Of a DNA stretch of 64,000 bases, positions 12,913-28,593 are shown one piece after another. Below the pieces are notes generated by a model, which worked only from the letters and a program-made list of their open reading frames with translations, made no database searches and was not told where the DNA came from. Source of the DNA: the human T2T-CHM13v2.0 reference genome, Homo sapiens; the NCBI RefSeq assembly GCF_009914755.1, contig NC_060927.1; one strand, given 5' to 3'. A program made the position numbers and the translations under genes. How positions within the stretch are numbered: the stretch's first letter is position 1; every line of letters begins with the position of its first letter.

Positions 12913-14796
12913 CCAGAACACAGCTCTTCACTTTTTGAAGACAGTTTAGCAGTGTTTACTTGCCTTATGAAACTTGCTCCCTGAAAATTTTGTTTTGAGA
13001 TAATTGGTCACAAAACCTGGTGGACTTGTTGCCTACCAATTAAAGTGGGGTTTTGATAATCAGACCTATATGATACCTGGTCATTTAAGAAGTATGGTAT
13101 CCAAGGTCATGTTTTGGAAATAGAAAAAGATATATTTTCACCTAAATTAAAGGACATTTTATCCAACTGAGTAATCTCTCCTTACTATTGGTTTCCAGTT
13201 TACGTTACCTAGTAACATTTCTTCCCTGGCTCATGTTCCTCTAAAATAAAGAACATTGTGAACTGAATACATTGGCTTCACGCCCTTCCTGGGACATCAT
13301 AGACTTTGGAAGTTTAGACCTTGATGTCTGATGATGTGAGTTCAGGTTCTGAGTTAAGAACATGGGCCACCTTTTTGTTGGTATTCTCAGGGAGTTTTAA
13401 TTAATTGGGGATTAAAAGGATTGAGAGCTGTGGTCTCTGGGTCTAACAGAGGTTCAGCTCTCAAGGATTCACCTGACAAAATCCAGGAAAATGCTGTAAT
13501 CATATTCTTCTCGAAAGATTAGCTTTACAGTGATGATGTTTTGCTAAACCTGTAATCTCTGCCTTCTTTAGAACCATTTTTCTACGCATATTTTCAAAAT
13601 TCAGGCTTTCTTTTCTAATAGTAAGTGTGCCGAGGAAGCTTCTAGACCAAGGGAATTGAAAGGAGACTTTTAGGCCTAAAACACATGGTCAGATTCTCAG
13701 TGAAAGACCAGAAGATACCCTCCAAGTTAGCAGGCAAGAGGTGCTATAGACTAACAGATCTTATAGAAGCCATGGCTACACCTTTACTAAGTCCCCAGCA
13801 CTGGGACCATGTCCTGATGGGGATTTATTACCTTTTTTTTTTTTTTTTAAACAAAAATAAACAACTCTCAGCTTTTGCCCTTGAGACAACTCAGCTTTCT
13901 TGTTTGGAGTATGGATTTGTGGTCTTTTTCTTTTTTGTGTCCTGGAGTTTGGCCCCATCTAACTTGACTTGTTCAATGTTCTTTTCATTACATTTATGCC
14001 CACCCTCCCTGCCTAGAAGGAAACTCACTGTCATCAAAATAATAGGGTGTTTTTCTACTTTCTCCCTCCCTCTCACCCATTGTCTTTCAGTGGGGTGAAA
14101 AGGTCTTCACTTTTCTCTTTCTCCCCCCAAATTTTGCTATGAATAACTTCTCAGACGTTGTCACGCATAGACTTCCACTCTCTCCAGAGGGTGTTTTTTG
14201 TTTGTTTAAGGCAACGTGTTTCCTGGTTTAAAAACCATGTTTCCCAGAGTAGCTGTGATGGGATTATTCCACACTCACCTCCTACTGGCAGCATTTACTA
14301 CTGGCTGGAAATGAGCATTATTGGCAGCTCTCTGCTGGCCTGGGGTCACACTGCACAGAGCTCCAGCCTTGCTGCATGGCTGAATGACTACCTGGGCTGG
14401 TCATTTGGTTACTTTTTTATTCAGATGAGGTTAGAGTCTTTTAGTGAGTGAGGAAAATATGACTAAGTAATGCTTTTCCTTCTTTTGCTCTAGAAGGAGA
14501 AATTATCCTTTTGAACTTTGCATGGGATAGAAATTAACTCTGCAACAGCCCAGTTCACATAGATGTACTTTCCACACCACTTTTTGGGTGGATTCCCCTG
14601 ATCCAATGCTTTTTACAACTAAATATAGTGCCAAATTGCCTTTAAAAATTTTTTAAAAAGCCTTAATTCCTTTCTTCAAACAATCATGACACATTCCACA
14701 CATGTTAAACCTGATATCAATGGCTCTAAGGCTAAAAAATAACTTCCATTCAAAACACCACAGTATGAATTCTCACAAGCAAATGTATGATTAAAT

Positions 14797-14807
14797 ATGA
14801 GTCAGCA
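14797..14807 (+). promoter_or_regulatory. ARE/MARE motif ATGAGTCAGCA (CNC-small MAF, AP-1)
   Basis: Exact consensus match; motif only. Confidence 0.3.
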
Positions 14808-15103
14808 GATTGCACTGTTACTTTAGAAAGCAAGGATTCTTGGGCTACATTCCTGCCTAGACCCAAGGGCAGGCTCAGGGGATTAGGTATTTGTATTGAT
14901 ACCCAGAGCTCAATATCTACTTCAGATAGATGCATGACGAAGTCAATGAATCACAGCTTCCTGGACAATCTTGGCAGAATATAATTCTGACTCTAGCCCT
15001 CTACTGCACAGAAGAGTACAGTGTCTCTCTAGTAAACACTTTGCATGGCTTTAAGATCTTCCCCAGTTTAAACATTAGCCCCCTTTTCCAGCTGTATCTT
15101 ACG

Positions 15104-15129
15104 CACACACACACACACACACACACACA
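15104..15129. repeat. (CA)n microsatellite
   Basis: Direct read. Confidence 0.9.
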
Positions 15130-15724
15130 TGCCATCATTTACATCTCTGCCAGCCTGGACCACTGGCTGTTCCCTGCACTTTCTTACTCCTGATCTCTGT
15201 TGCTTACCCATAATATTCTTGGGGGAAAGCCTGCCTTTCCAATTCTACTTTTTCCACTAGAGCTGAGATCAAGTGCCAGTTTTCCTCCCTTCTAACTCCT
15301 TTGAATTCCTAAGGCCTTTATTTGCTCAGTAAATATTTTATGTGTCTGCAATATGTGGATCAGGCACTACAGTGGATACTTTTTCACTGTCTGCTTCCAT
15401 AAAAGTTCTTATCGCACTGCTTGGTGGCATCTTACATAGTGTTCACTTGACTTACTGTTTCTTCTGTACTGAGAAAGGACAGGAACCACCTTTGTATGCT
15501 CCAAGAAAGCTTACCACATCTACTCTAATTGGCATCGAGTGAATGTATCAAAAAGTGAGCAATTAAATATAGAGATGGCCTTTGGTATCATGAAGTTGTC
15601 CATCCCCAAGAGCCTATATTGTTTAGAGGTTGGACACTGTCCTATACTATTTGGGGATCTTTATTTTAAACATAGAATGTGTATGGGAAATTGTTCAGAA
15701 AAAACTGAGGAAAGAAGTTTTGTC

Positions 15725-15950
15725 AATAACAGTAGCTGCTATTCACTGGACGCCTGCTATGTGGCCAGACTGTGCTAACACTTTGCATGCATTCCCTCTT
15801 TGGATACACAAAGTTCTCTCAGGAGGTACTTTGTCATCATTTTTTTACAGGTGAGGAAATTGAGGTCTTAGTATAACTCACTTAAGGTCATACAGATAGT
15901 AAGTGGCCGAGTCACAGTTCAAATCCACATGTGCCTGAACTAGACAATTC
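15725..15950 (-). mobile_element. MIR SINE
   Basis: ttttacaggtgaggaaattgagg...aaggtcatacagatagtaagtggccgag. Confidence 0.75.
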
Positions 15951-16625
15951 ACCAGGCCAGTATCTAAACCAACAGAAATCACCCCCTGTGGAAGATAGTG
16001 GAGATTATTGTGTGTGATAACATCTGAAAATTAGAAGGTGAAACGGGGTTCATGTGTGAAGAAAAAAAATCTAAAGCAATAGTTTGAGGGTATCAGAGGA
16101 GGGAAGATGGCCTAACCCAATTCCATATCAAAATATGCAGGAGGGAGGGAGATGAACCACTTTTTTCCATGTCCTTTCTTGATTTGTGATTTAAGATATG
16201 TCCATCAAGAAAATTATAAATTTTATGTATTTGGGTAGAGAAGGATATTTAGGTGTAAAAAAGACAGTTATCTTGCCTTTTGATTTTTGCTTCTTTCTGC
16301 ACTGTAGATAATAGGAATGATTGGAAACAGTGGTACTTCATACCCTCAGGGAGACAGAAGTAATCTGAGTCAGATGTGGGCATTCCATAATTACTGCTAA
16401 TACATGAACCAAATGGCTCTAATGCATATATAGCCTTCTCCACCATGTGAGTTTTTCTTTTTCCTTTTTGGTTGTACCTCAGTTCTTTGGTAACAGCAGT
16501 CAAAGAGCATGAGGTAGGAAGATTGAAAAATCCACGGTTAGAAAATGCTTGACTCAGTGTGTAACACAGATCTGTCTTTCTGATCTCAGTAATTGGTGTT
16601 CATTGTGTTACCGGCTTAACTATCA

Positions 16626-16835
16626 TAAACAACAGAAGTCATGACTAATCAAGCCATGGTTAATCAAGAAAAGTCATAATTAACCAACAAGAATTAGGAT
16701 TAAGCAACAGAATTCATTATTAAGCAACAAAACTCAAGTTTGACCAACAGAATTCGTGATTAGCCAGCAGAAGCTATGATGTATAACAAAAGACATAGTC
16801 AACGTGCACAAGTCACAGCCAACAGAGGCCCTGAC
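16626..16835. repeat. Degenerate 20-bp-period tandem array, about 10 units
   Basis: In-phase units at 16661, 16681, 16701, 16721, 16741 and 16761; consensus approximately TAASCAACAGAAKTCATGAT. Confidence 0.8.
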
Positions 16836-17668
16836 TGAGCTGATTCCAACTCAGATCAGTGTGTCTGCTACTAACAGCTGAGAAATCTGATTGTTTAATT
16901 GCGTAAATACAAATGATATCACCCTCAAGGAATACATTTAAGAAACTAAGGTATAATCCAAGACGGTTACTATGGCTCTGGTTATAGCTAGGACTTCATC
17001 AACAATTACAATTACAATTGACTAACAGTTGTTAGTCAACAATTATTATTTGAATATCTTCTGTGTGTTGGGTTCTGTCCCAGCCCTGAGCTATTCAGCT
17101 GGTGTGTCCCAGTACAATTTATTAGGTGTTGAAAAATTGAAACATTTTCCTGCCAGTTTTTGCCTGACCGTTGCCTTGGGTCTTCCCTTCCTCCATCCAA
17201 CTGTACTGTCTTAGTTCCAGGGGTGTCATATTTGGCACTGCCTGGAGGCCACCTTGAGTCCACCAACTTGTCAGCTCAGGTTCCTAGGAACCAGCCTTTA
17301 TACCTATCCTACTCCCCTGTCAGGGAGGCATGAGTATCGGCAAGGAAGGTGGCACACTTGATGGCACTGAGACACCTTAATGGATAAATGCACAGTGCCT
17401 ATTGGGCTCCCTGAGGCTGGGGCCACCAGCCACAGGTTGGCATTCCCCCATGTCACCTATGTAACCTCTAAAGCAGACAGTGGTATTGTTTTAGACTTTA
17501 AGTATCATCCTTGAATAGGTATAACATGGAAGGAAAAGCAAAATACCATGATTGCCTAGGAGAGGAAGCATCCATGTATGCTTAGATCAGTCAGAGAAGG
17601 CTTCCTGGCCAAGTGACCTCATAGAATTTTCCTGGGTTTACTGAGAAAAGGAAGTTCCCAGAAAATGA

Positions 17669-18146
<478 letters not shown>

Positions 18147-18263
18147 TCAGTTCTAAGATGAATATAAAAGCCCTCATGATGGTGTCCTTTAAGCCACAGG
18201 CTGGTTTCCAGAAGTTGCTATTCTTGCCCATGCAGATAGACAGTCTCTCTTTCCTTAGTCTGC

Positions 18264-18309
18264 AAATACCACCTCTTCTTTCGCCAAAATACCACCTCTT
18301 CTTTCGCCA
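18264..18309. repeat. Perfect 23-bp tandem duplication
   Basis: aaataccacctcttctttcgcca x2. Confidence 0.9.
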
Positions 18310-20914
18310 ATTTCTTTGCCCGCAGAAACTCCCCAAGTCTCACTCTCTAGGTACCCAACTCATCACTTCCTGGTGTGATGACACACTTGGAATCCCAGAA
18401 ATTTGTGGCTGGAGAGGACCTTCCAAGTAAACTGCCCAATCCCTCATTCAGGGGAAGAGAGAGCTTAGTCCCAGATGGTTGTGACTTGCTCAAGTCCTCT
18501 CAGTGACCATGAGGAGCTTGCAGCCCAGGCGTTCAACTCCTAATCCAGGGCTCGACCTATGCTACCTCCACTCTCTCCTCTCAGGTTGCTCCTCCAAATG
18601 GGACTGAATTCATCCTCTGTACACGCTCAACTTTTGAACCTCCTCTTCTCCAGATGTGTCTAACCATCCCTTGGCTTCAATAACTGTCCCAAACTTTGTC
18701 CTGAAGTTTGGGGGTTCTAATTTTAGGTGGGAAAGATCCATGGCTTTAAATCAGTCACATAGTAAGAAGCTTATTTTTTTTCTCTGAATTCCTCAAACAG
18801 AAAATCTTGAGTCAGTGCTGATGTGTGTCTCATGCTGGCCAAGCTCCCTTTTCAGCAAGAAGTGAGGAGGGCTGGGGCTCCTGGCCTGCAGCAGACACAG
18901 TGTCCAGTATGAGTGAAATGACATCTGATTATTGTATTATTTGCATTTCTCTTATTTCATGAGTACCTTCTAATATTGACAGTTGGTCTGGTTTTCCAAG
19001 TAAGCCAGAGATAAATGGTTTCCACTTTAAATAGTGTCAAAAATAGAAGGAGGAGTCAACCTAAATTGAAATATTAGCTAAGTAAACTTTAGGTGTATGA
19101 GGATAACTGCCCCCACCCCCTACCCGCCACACACTCTGGGTCCTCAAAGCAGTGGTCTACAAGGGAGTGAGGTTTGTATAAACTCATAATATCAATGAAG
19201 GAGGAGGAGAATTTTTATGATGCAAACCTCTATTCGGCTTGGAGGGCACGTCTGTTTACTCAACCCACGTATAAAAATACCTCATAGCATATATTTTAGC
19301 CAGCAAGTATTCTAGCATGGTGGAAATGATTTACTGAAACTTAGACCTTCTCCTGAAATCCAGCCAAAAATCTGATTTGGAAAACCAAGAAGTCCTATTT
19401 AGTTTCTGCCATCATTGTTACTGAATCACACTGACTGGGCAATTAGTGACATAAAGTTCTTTAATTCTCTGGTCTTCTTTCATTTGAGCATCGTGAGATT
19501 GTTCTTCTCTCCTTTCTGGTCACTGACTAAGTGTTTGCTGAACTAAAAATTTGGTTTTTAATAAAATAAATGGAGGGGGTCACCTTTGTCCATACCTCAT
19601 TTTCTTCCCACGTATATAAAAGACCATGTTTTCCATTGTGTTAATGTTTCTCGGCAGAAGAGCGATGGAGGTTTCTGTAAACTGAGTTTCTACATCTGGC
19701 AGCAGAAAGTGGCCCACAGTTATATTTTTTGTAGGGAAAGATATGTTTTTAGATGACCACTCTGCACAGATTCTGGGAGGATTTCACAGTATTTGTAACC
19801 TGTTATTTTAGATTCTAAGCACATTTGTAGTTCCAGTGGCACAAAAATAAACTGTGTTTTCTTGGAAAATGTGTGTGTCTGGGATATGTGACAGGACTTG
19901 CAACCTTAAACAAGATTTCCAGGCACTTATAGTTGAACCATGCCAGTAAAAATATGCTTATTTAGACATTAAAATCCTAGGGTGCCCACGTAAGTATCCT
20001 AAGCAATGTGTGTTACATGAGCATTCTTTGCTAATGTGCTTTAGCTTTGAACGTTCTTAGCTCTGGCTCCTGCAGTGTTAATGTACTGCAGGGAAAGTTG
20101 AACTCAGATGGTGGGGCTTAGTTTCTGTTCAACACATTTGATGATGTGTTTCTTACATTCAAGAGAGTAGTTTCTCGTGTAGGTATAAGTCACATCACAA
20201 CTGGTAAAGTAGACTTCCTCACTCTTAATACTCATAGCAATGTGGAAGTTTTTCTTGGGCATTCAGAAGAGAGAAAAGGCAGCAGGTATACCCTTCATCT
20301 GTGTATTCGGCAAGCATCACTTGATCATCCATTGTCTGCAAAGCTGTATGTAGAAACGGGGAAGACAAAGAGGAAGTTGGGGACCCTTTCTTCTGGAGCC
20401 TGAAGTCTGCTTTATTTCATCGGTGTTTCCCAGAAAATCAGGATAAATTGCTTCTTTTGTCAAAATGTGATTTTCAAAAAGTTAAAAAGCAAAAAACTCT
20501 TTCAAGTGTTTGTTTAGTAAACACATGCCAAAAATTTATTTAACTCATTGATGAAGGGAATAGTAGGATGACAAAGCTGGTTTAAAGGAGGATATGAGAA
20601 AGATATTCAGGTAGATAGAAAACGAGAGAGAAAGGAGGGAAGGAAAAGAGAATACCGGAATAAGATTGCAAAGCTAGATACAAAATGGTTCATTTCCTAC
20701 AGGGCAATAAAACAATAATATTTGGGGTTATTGTTCATCTGGTCAGAAATGTTTTGCACCTACACTAGACAAAAATTATGTGTAATTTACCAATTTTCTA
20801 CAGTCTGTATAGAATCTGGGTCCAATCAATAGTAAAAAGTAAGTCAAACAAAGTTATATTTCCTGTGAGTGTTAGATGACACTTCGATGGGCTTGTCAGT
20901 CAGTGCTGTAGTAC

Positions 20915-21122
20915 ATTACTACCCGGTAACGCTTTCTGCAATGATGAAAATATTTTGTATATGTGGTGTTTAATATGGTAGCTATGGGCCAGATGTGGCT
21001 CTTCAGCATTTGAAATGTAGCTAATGTAACTAAAGAACTGAATTCTTAATTTTATTTACTTTTCATTAATTTTGATTTAAGTAGCCTCATGTGACTAATA
21101 GCTACCATGTTGGACGACATAG
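20915..21122. mobile_element. MER3-like hAT-Charlie MITE
   Basis: ctttctgcaatgatgaaaatatt...gcatttgaaatgtagctaatgtaactaaagaactgaat...gctaccatgttggac. Confidence 0.75.
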
Positions 21123-21282
21123 CTCTAACATGCCATTAAATGGGCAGACACTCATTTTTATTTCTTGTTTCCAATTTTGGATAATTTTTTTAAATTGTAT
21201 TTTAAATGTTGTGAGAGGAGCTATGTAAAAGAACTCAGAGAAGACTCCTTTGAAAAAACTAACTCTTGCATTAGGCAAATAA

Positions 21283-21647
<365 letters not shown>

Positions 21648-21974
21648 TAAAAATCCTCATATATTGGTTTTCTTGGTAGTGCGCTCATCTGAAATTGTTC
21701 TCGTCAGCAAGGGAGCCAGTTATGAAGCTAAGCCTGTTTGGAGGGAACCCAACTCTGGTGTTTTCCAAGTAAATCAGCTTGGAATTAACTTTCCTTTAGC
21801 AAGATAATAATGGTCATGTCTAGTTTTGATTAAAAGGGGCTTTTGGGTTTGCAACAAAGGAAGAAACTATTGATATCTCACGAGGATTTTAAGGTTTATG
21901 TAAGTTAACTTTTCTGCTGCCATCACTTCGTTACTCAAAAAGAGCAATTAATGCATTGATAAGGTTGGCTTTGA

Positions 21975-22337
<363 letters not shown>

Positions 22338-23304
22338 TGAAACTTGAGTGACAGTTGGTGGAAAGGCAGGAGTTAGGCGTCGTGGATGTCAGATTTGTAT
22401 TCCAAAGCAGTGGCTAACTCACTGTGGATCCCAGAGCCATTAGCAGTAACTCAAGCATATTACACAGTCACACGGTGACTCCATTTCCCCTATCTTGACA
22501 ATGGGTATAAGGATCTTCGCCTGTATCGGTGAGGATAAGATAAAATGATAGGCATGAATGTTAACAGTAGTCATAATTTGCCCTTTTTTAGGAGGGAAGG
22601 ATTGTATAACTTGTGGAAGAAACATTTCAAAATCTGGGACACTGGCATTTTTCCAAACTTGATTTCGTTTTTCTTCTCCAAGCCATCTTTTCCAAACAAT
22701 AATGCACTTTATTAGTGCAAAAGATATTTTAAAAATACATTAAAAATTGGCTACTGGTCCATAAATATCTGATGATGGGGATTTGAAATATACCGGCTTT
22801 AGTATAAAAAGAGTATGTGTACACTGCAACAAATTTCGCTCTTTCTCTATTTGATGTGTACAAATGTAGGGAATAAGAAAGTATTAGGTGGATGGCTTGG
22901 CTCAAGCAGGCATAGGGAGGTCATGGGGCTATGTGCCCAGTGATGCTCTTGTGGGGCTGCTGCTCTTTCTGTCACTCCATCATGGGGGGATTTTGGTGAT
23001 GGCGTGCTGTGCACATGTGAGCAGTGGGCTGGGTGCTGCGTGGGGACCCTAGAGATACCTGAGACATGGCTGCTGCCCTCCAGGAGCATAGGATAAAGAG
23101 CCAGGCACCCCAATCATGATCCTCTAATGGAGTTGGAGGAATTACATTATGAATCAAGGGCTCTTAGATGTTGGAACTGGGAAACGTGACCCTTGGGTGA
23201 AAACTGATTGAAGAGGTAAAGCCCCTGTAGCCAACCAGAGGCATTACTCTGAGGGTGCTCAGCTGGGAATCTTGCCCTCTGCTGGGAGCTATTGCTCAGG
23301 GATT

Positions 23305-23850
23305 GTAGCAGATGTTTGTTGGTAGCCCACCCAGATATCTTTCCTAACTGTACTCCTGCCCCTTCACCTTTCCTAACTGTACTCAGATTTTAGTTTTCTT
23401 TTATACCCCTTAGGTTTCAATGTTTCAGAGAAAGCTTCACAGCTGGGATCCACTCAGTCAATTAAAGCCAATCAGTGTATTTTATGTTCCAGCCGCATGC
23501 GTGAACATGTAACCTAGGCTGGTTCAATGAGAGGGAATTCAAGACTCGTGCGTAGAATATCAGGACAGGAGTACCCTTCCCTCCATCCATGTGAACAAGG
23601 AAACAGGTAGCCACAAGTACCCCTGGTGGCCATCCTCCAATCCCCAGGGAAGTCAGCTGTAGGACAAAGCATGCACTGTAGATGGAAAAGTGGAAAGACA
23701 GAAATCAAGCCCTTAATAGCACCATTGAATTACTGAACCAGCCAACCCTATGAAACCACTGCCTCCAGGTCGTTTTGTTATATCTGCCAAGAAGAACCCA
23801 TTACAGCTTTTGGAATGAGTGTCTTGTTAATATTTAGAGTCCTCATGAAT
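23305..23850 (+). mobile_element. Old ERVL/MaLR-class solo LTR (LTR33/LTR16-like)
   Basis: Starts tgtagcagatg...cccacccagatat; internal aagccaatcag, atgtaacctaggctggttcaatgagag and ggtggccatc motifs. Confidence 0.55.
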
Positions 23851-24924
23851 GAGAATGGACTGGGTCATCAGACAGGAAAGCATCCTGCATGTGCCATTCC
23901 TTCTGGGAAGCTCTTTTTCCTCTGGACAATTCCATCTGCAGATCATGGGTCACTTTTCATCCAGTTCCTTTCCCTCTCTCCAAATTTTAGAGCCATTGAG
24001 TTACTCAAAATCCATACATTTGAAGATAGGAAGCTAACATTCAATTGGCTCAGGCTCTAAATCCTTCCACTGAAGAGAAAAGCAGGATAACCTGAAATAG
24101 CCAGATTATTCCTATGTGTGAGATTCACGGGATGATCACCTTCTGCTCTAGTTTTGGTCTGATGTTCTGTAGACATGGATGGCACACAGCATTTCTGTGG
24201 GAGAATTTCAGTTCAGGCTGAAATTATAAATGAGTAAGCCAGATGTGGACTCAGGGAAAATCAGTACTTTTGCATTATTTTGTGTGGGCTGGAGACCCAT
24301 TTCCTGCTTACATTACTTAAAACCCATATCCTGCTGCTCTGTAAAAACTGGCAGCTTGGTTGGCAATTAAAAAAAATAATGTTTACACCCACAGGAAAAC
24401 TCCAGCATCAGCCCTCAAGGAGCTTATCACCTTAATTAGATTTAAAAATATAGAAATGGGAAGAAAATGGGATCATTATGTCCAAGTACACAAAAATAAA
24501 TGTATTTTTGTTAGAAGGAAATTGAAGGGAAAGAAATAAACACTTGGAATGTAGAGATTGAGAGTCTAATTGGATATTTTTAAAGTTGAAACAGAAGGAA
24601 GCAGGCAAATATGAGAATCAGTAACCAATTATACCACAGTATACGCAACTGAAATGAAACCAAGAATAATAGATACTCATAGAATGTTAGAAGTGAAAAG
24701 GGATCTTAGAGATTGATTTTCACTCACCTCTCTCATTTGACGTACAAGTACACTAGGACTCAGAAAGATGACACGGTTCTCCCAGCAGTCCCAACTGGCT
24801 GAAGACATAACCAAGACTACAGTGAAATCGGCCACCTCTCCTCCCCATGCCTTCTCTGAAGTAGCGAGATTAGCAAGATTCACATTCCATTCTAGCCATA
24901 GGACATGTCAGTTCATCTGTATGT

Positions 24925-25468
24925 GTCAGAATCCTTTAGATGAGAGTGACAGAAAACCCAGCTCAAACTGGCTTAAGCTACACAACTCTACGCATGTCAC
25001 TGAACAGTCCAGAGTAATATGCTGGATCCAAAGGCACATGTTTGTTTTTGGGGCATTGTTTCTCTTTGTCTCTCACAGCTGATTTTTGCTGTGCTGGCTT
25101 CATTCCCAGGAAGATTTTCCCCATGTCTAACAAAGAAGGGCACCAACAGCTCCAGACTGTTAATCTATTGACCCAGCAAAAAGAGAGACTATTAGATCCC
25201 GATTGTTCCATCAAAGCCTAGGGACAGATTCTCATTGGCCTAACTTGGGTCATGTGCCCTTCTGTGAACGCATTGCTTTGAGCAGGGCATTGCTTTGGGC
25301 AGGGGATAGAATATTGTGATTAGCCAGGTCTGGATCATGTGTCAATATCTACAGCCCAGGATTGAGGTTGACTTCACCCAAACCATGTGGGTGGGGAGTG
25401 TGGAAGAAAATGTTCCTCAGAGGGGAATCAGAAAGACAGGAGGCAAAAATGACCTCATGTCCACCATG
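24925..25468 (-). mobile_element. MLT1 (MLT1K/J-like) MaLR LTR
   Basis: agtgacagaaaacccagctcaaactggcttaagc...ctcattggcctaacttgggtcatgtgccc...tgtccaccat. Confidence 0.7.
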
Positions 25469-25559
25469 ATTTGTCAGGTCCCACAGTGCTGTTCCCAAGG
25501 CACTCTTCTTTATGCTGTGGGAGAAAAAAAGAAGGATAAAACTGAGAAAATTTAAGAAT

Positions 25560-26160
<601 letters not shown>

Positions 26161-26958
26161 TGCCATAGGAAGCAGCGTTTAAAACTCCGAGTTCCTTTTT
26201 CCACTCTATTTTATTGCCAGTGGTTAATAAAACAATAACCATGCTCCTTGCTCTATATTAGAGATGTATCCCCTAGAAAATCATGTGCAAATTTAATTTT
26301 TATAGATCAAATTTGATTTTACATGTGTAAGGGGATTTACAAGTAAAAGAAATCCTTTAACGTGGCCTATCAGAACAGTATGCTTATTTCTTCATTTTTT
26401 TTTTTTTCTGTTTTGTAAATGCTGCTGGGTATACCTTGTATTTTCCAAGGGCTTATAGGACTAGGGAAGCCTTTTTGCAGAGAAACAGCTGTCTGTCAAA
26501 GCATAGAATAATGGCAAGTGAAAAAAAAACTCGATTTTTAGCAGCATTCTAAAGAGGTGGTACAATAGTTTATGAAGAATTGGAGAAGGAGGCAAAGGAA
26601 GCAAACTGACTCGAATGATGAACTTCTGCTGGTGGCGTGGGAGGTTTGTAATGATGTCAGAAGAGGAAAGCATGTGGCAAAGCCCTGAAATAAAAACAAT
26701 TAATGAAAAAGAGAAACAATAAATGAAGGCATAACATTTGGATTATGAAAGAAATGTCCAGACAAGCTTACGGTATAGATAATAGCTAATGGTCCATGAT
26801 GGGAAAGAAGATTTAAGATGATACTGTTTAGAAACCATGGGAGTAAAGCCCTAGAAAGCCTGATCATATGCATTTAAGTCAGTTACAGAAATTCAAATGA
26901 ATAGTTCAGATCTTTAAGCCAAAGGTCAGCAAACCATTTTTTAAAAGAACCAGCTCTT

Positions 26959-27473
<515 letters not shown>

Positions 27474-28593
27474 AGAAAATATTTGTCCCTGTCTTCATTA
27501 CTTAACTCTGCCATTATAGCGCAAAAGTAGCCATGGAAAATATAAACAAACAAGTGTGGTTATATTCCAGTAAATCTTTATTTACAAAAGCAGATGAAGG
27601 GCTAGGTTTGGCCCACAGGCCATGGTTTGCCAATGTCTGCTTTAAGTGGCTCATCCGGTGGCCAAGGATGCCACTTAGGGCTGCTCTGTGATCCCATCCC
27701 ATGCTTCTCCCCTACCAGTAGACACACCCAGCTTCCAGCCACACTACACCATGCTGACTTATGAGCCGTATGTCTCCATTTTTCTGAGGATTTACCTCCT
27801 TCTCCATCAGTTGAACCCCAGGAGCCTGATGAAATGTCATTTCCTCTTTGAAGCCTCCCCTAAGCCTCATTCCACACTCTAGGCAGAATTATTCATTCTT
27901 CCCTCCCCAACCCCGTTTTCTCACAGTGCTTCGCACAAAGCTCCATGAACCGCAAACTTATTATATTATACAGATAGTATGATTCTTCACACACCAGTGA
28001 GTCTCCCTGGCTGGATTATAAACTCTTAAAAGGCATGCATCATGTCTTTCTCACCTTGTAGCCCCTGAATATAGCATGAAGCTTTGCTCAGTGAAGTTAG
28101 ATTGATCAAGGGGTTAAATGTGACCAGTTTTAAAGGCAAACCCATCTTCTCCCTGGCTTACTTTCTGAAAAGTTGTCAGAGGCAAAACAATTCTAGGTGT
28201 GTATTCAAATCGCAGTCATTCGTTTATCTGCTAGGGGCCCAGAACAAGTTACTCAACTTCTTGGAGGCTGTGTTTTCTACCTGGATGAGAGAAACATTGG
28301 TATTGACTAACAGCCCAGGTGTGACATGAGAATTGATGCTTTTAATCCTGTTTAGACAGCAGTGTTTCCATAAGCTGCTTCCTCTTCCCAGTTCCCTCCC
28401 CCAGAAGACATTAGATCTTCTAGGGCTTTTGCCAGTGAAAAAGGCTGAGCTGAGCAGGTGTCTTGGGTAGTTGTGCATGACAGAAGCCCAGTTAAGAGGG
28501 AGAAGCAAAGATGGACATGTATTGGGGTTTGGACCTTACTTTTGCCAAACCTTAGCTATCAAAGAAGGGGGTCCAGGGATAGGGGAGACACTG

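Noticed and set aside
16626-16835. CRISPR-like interpretation of the periodic array
   Set aside because: Units are contiguous and degenerate with no unique spacers; mammalian context and no cas genes.
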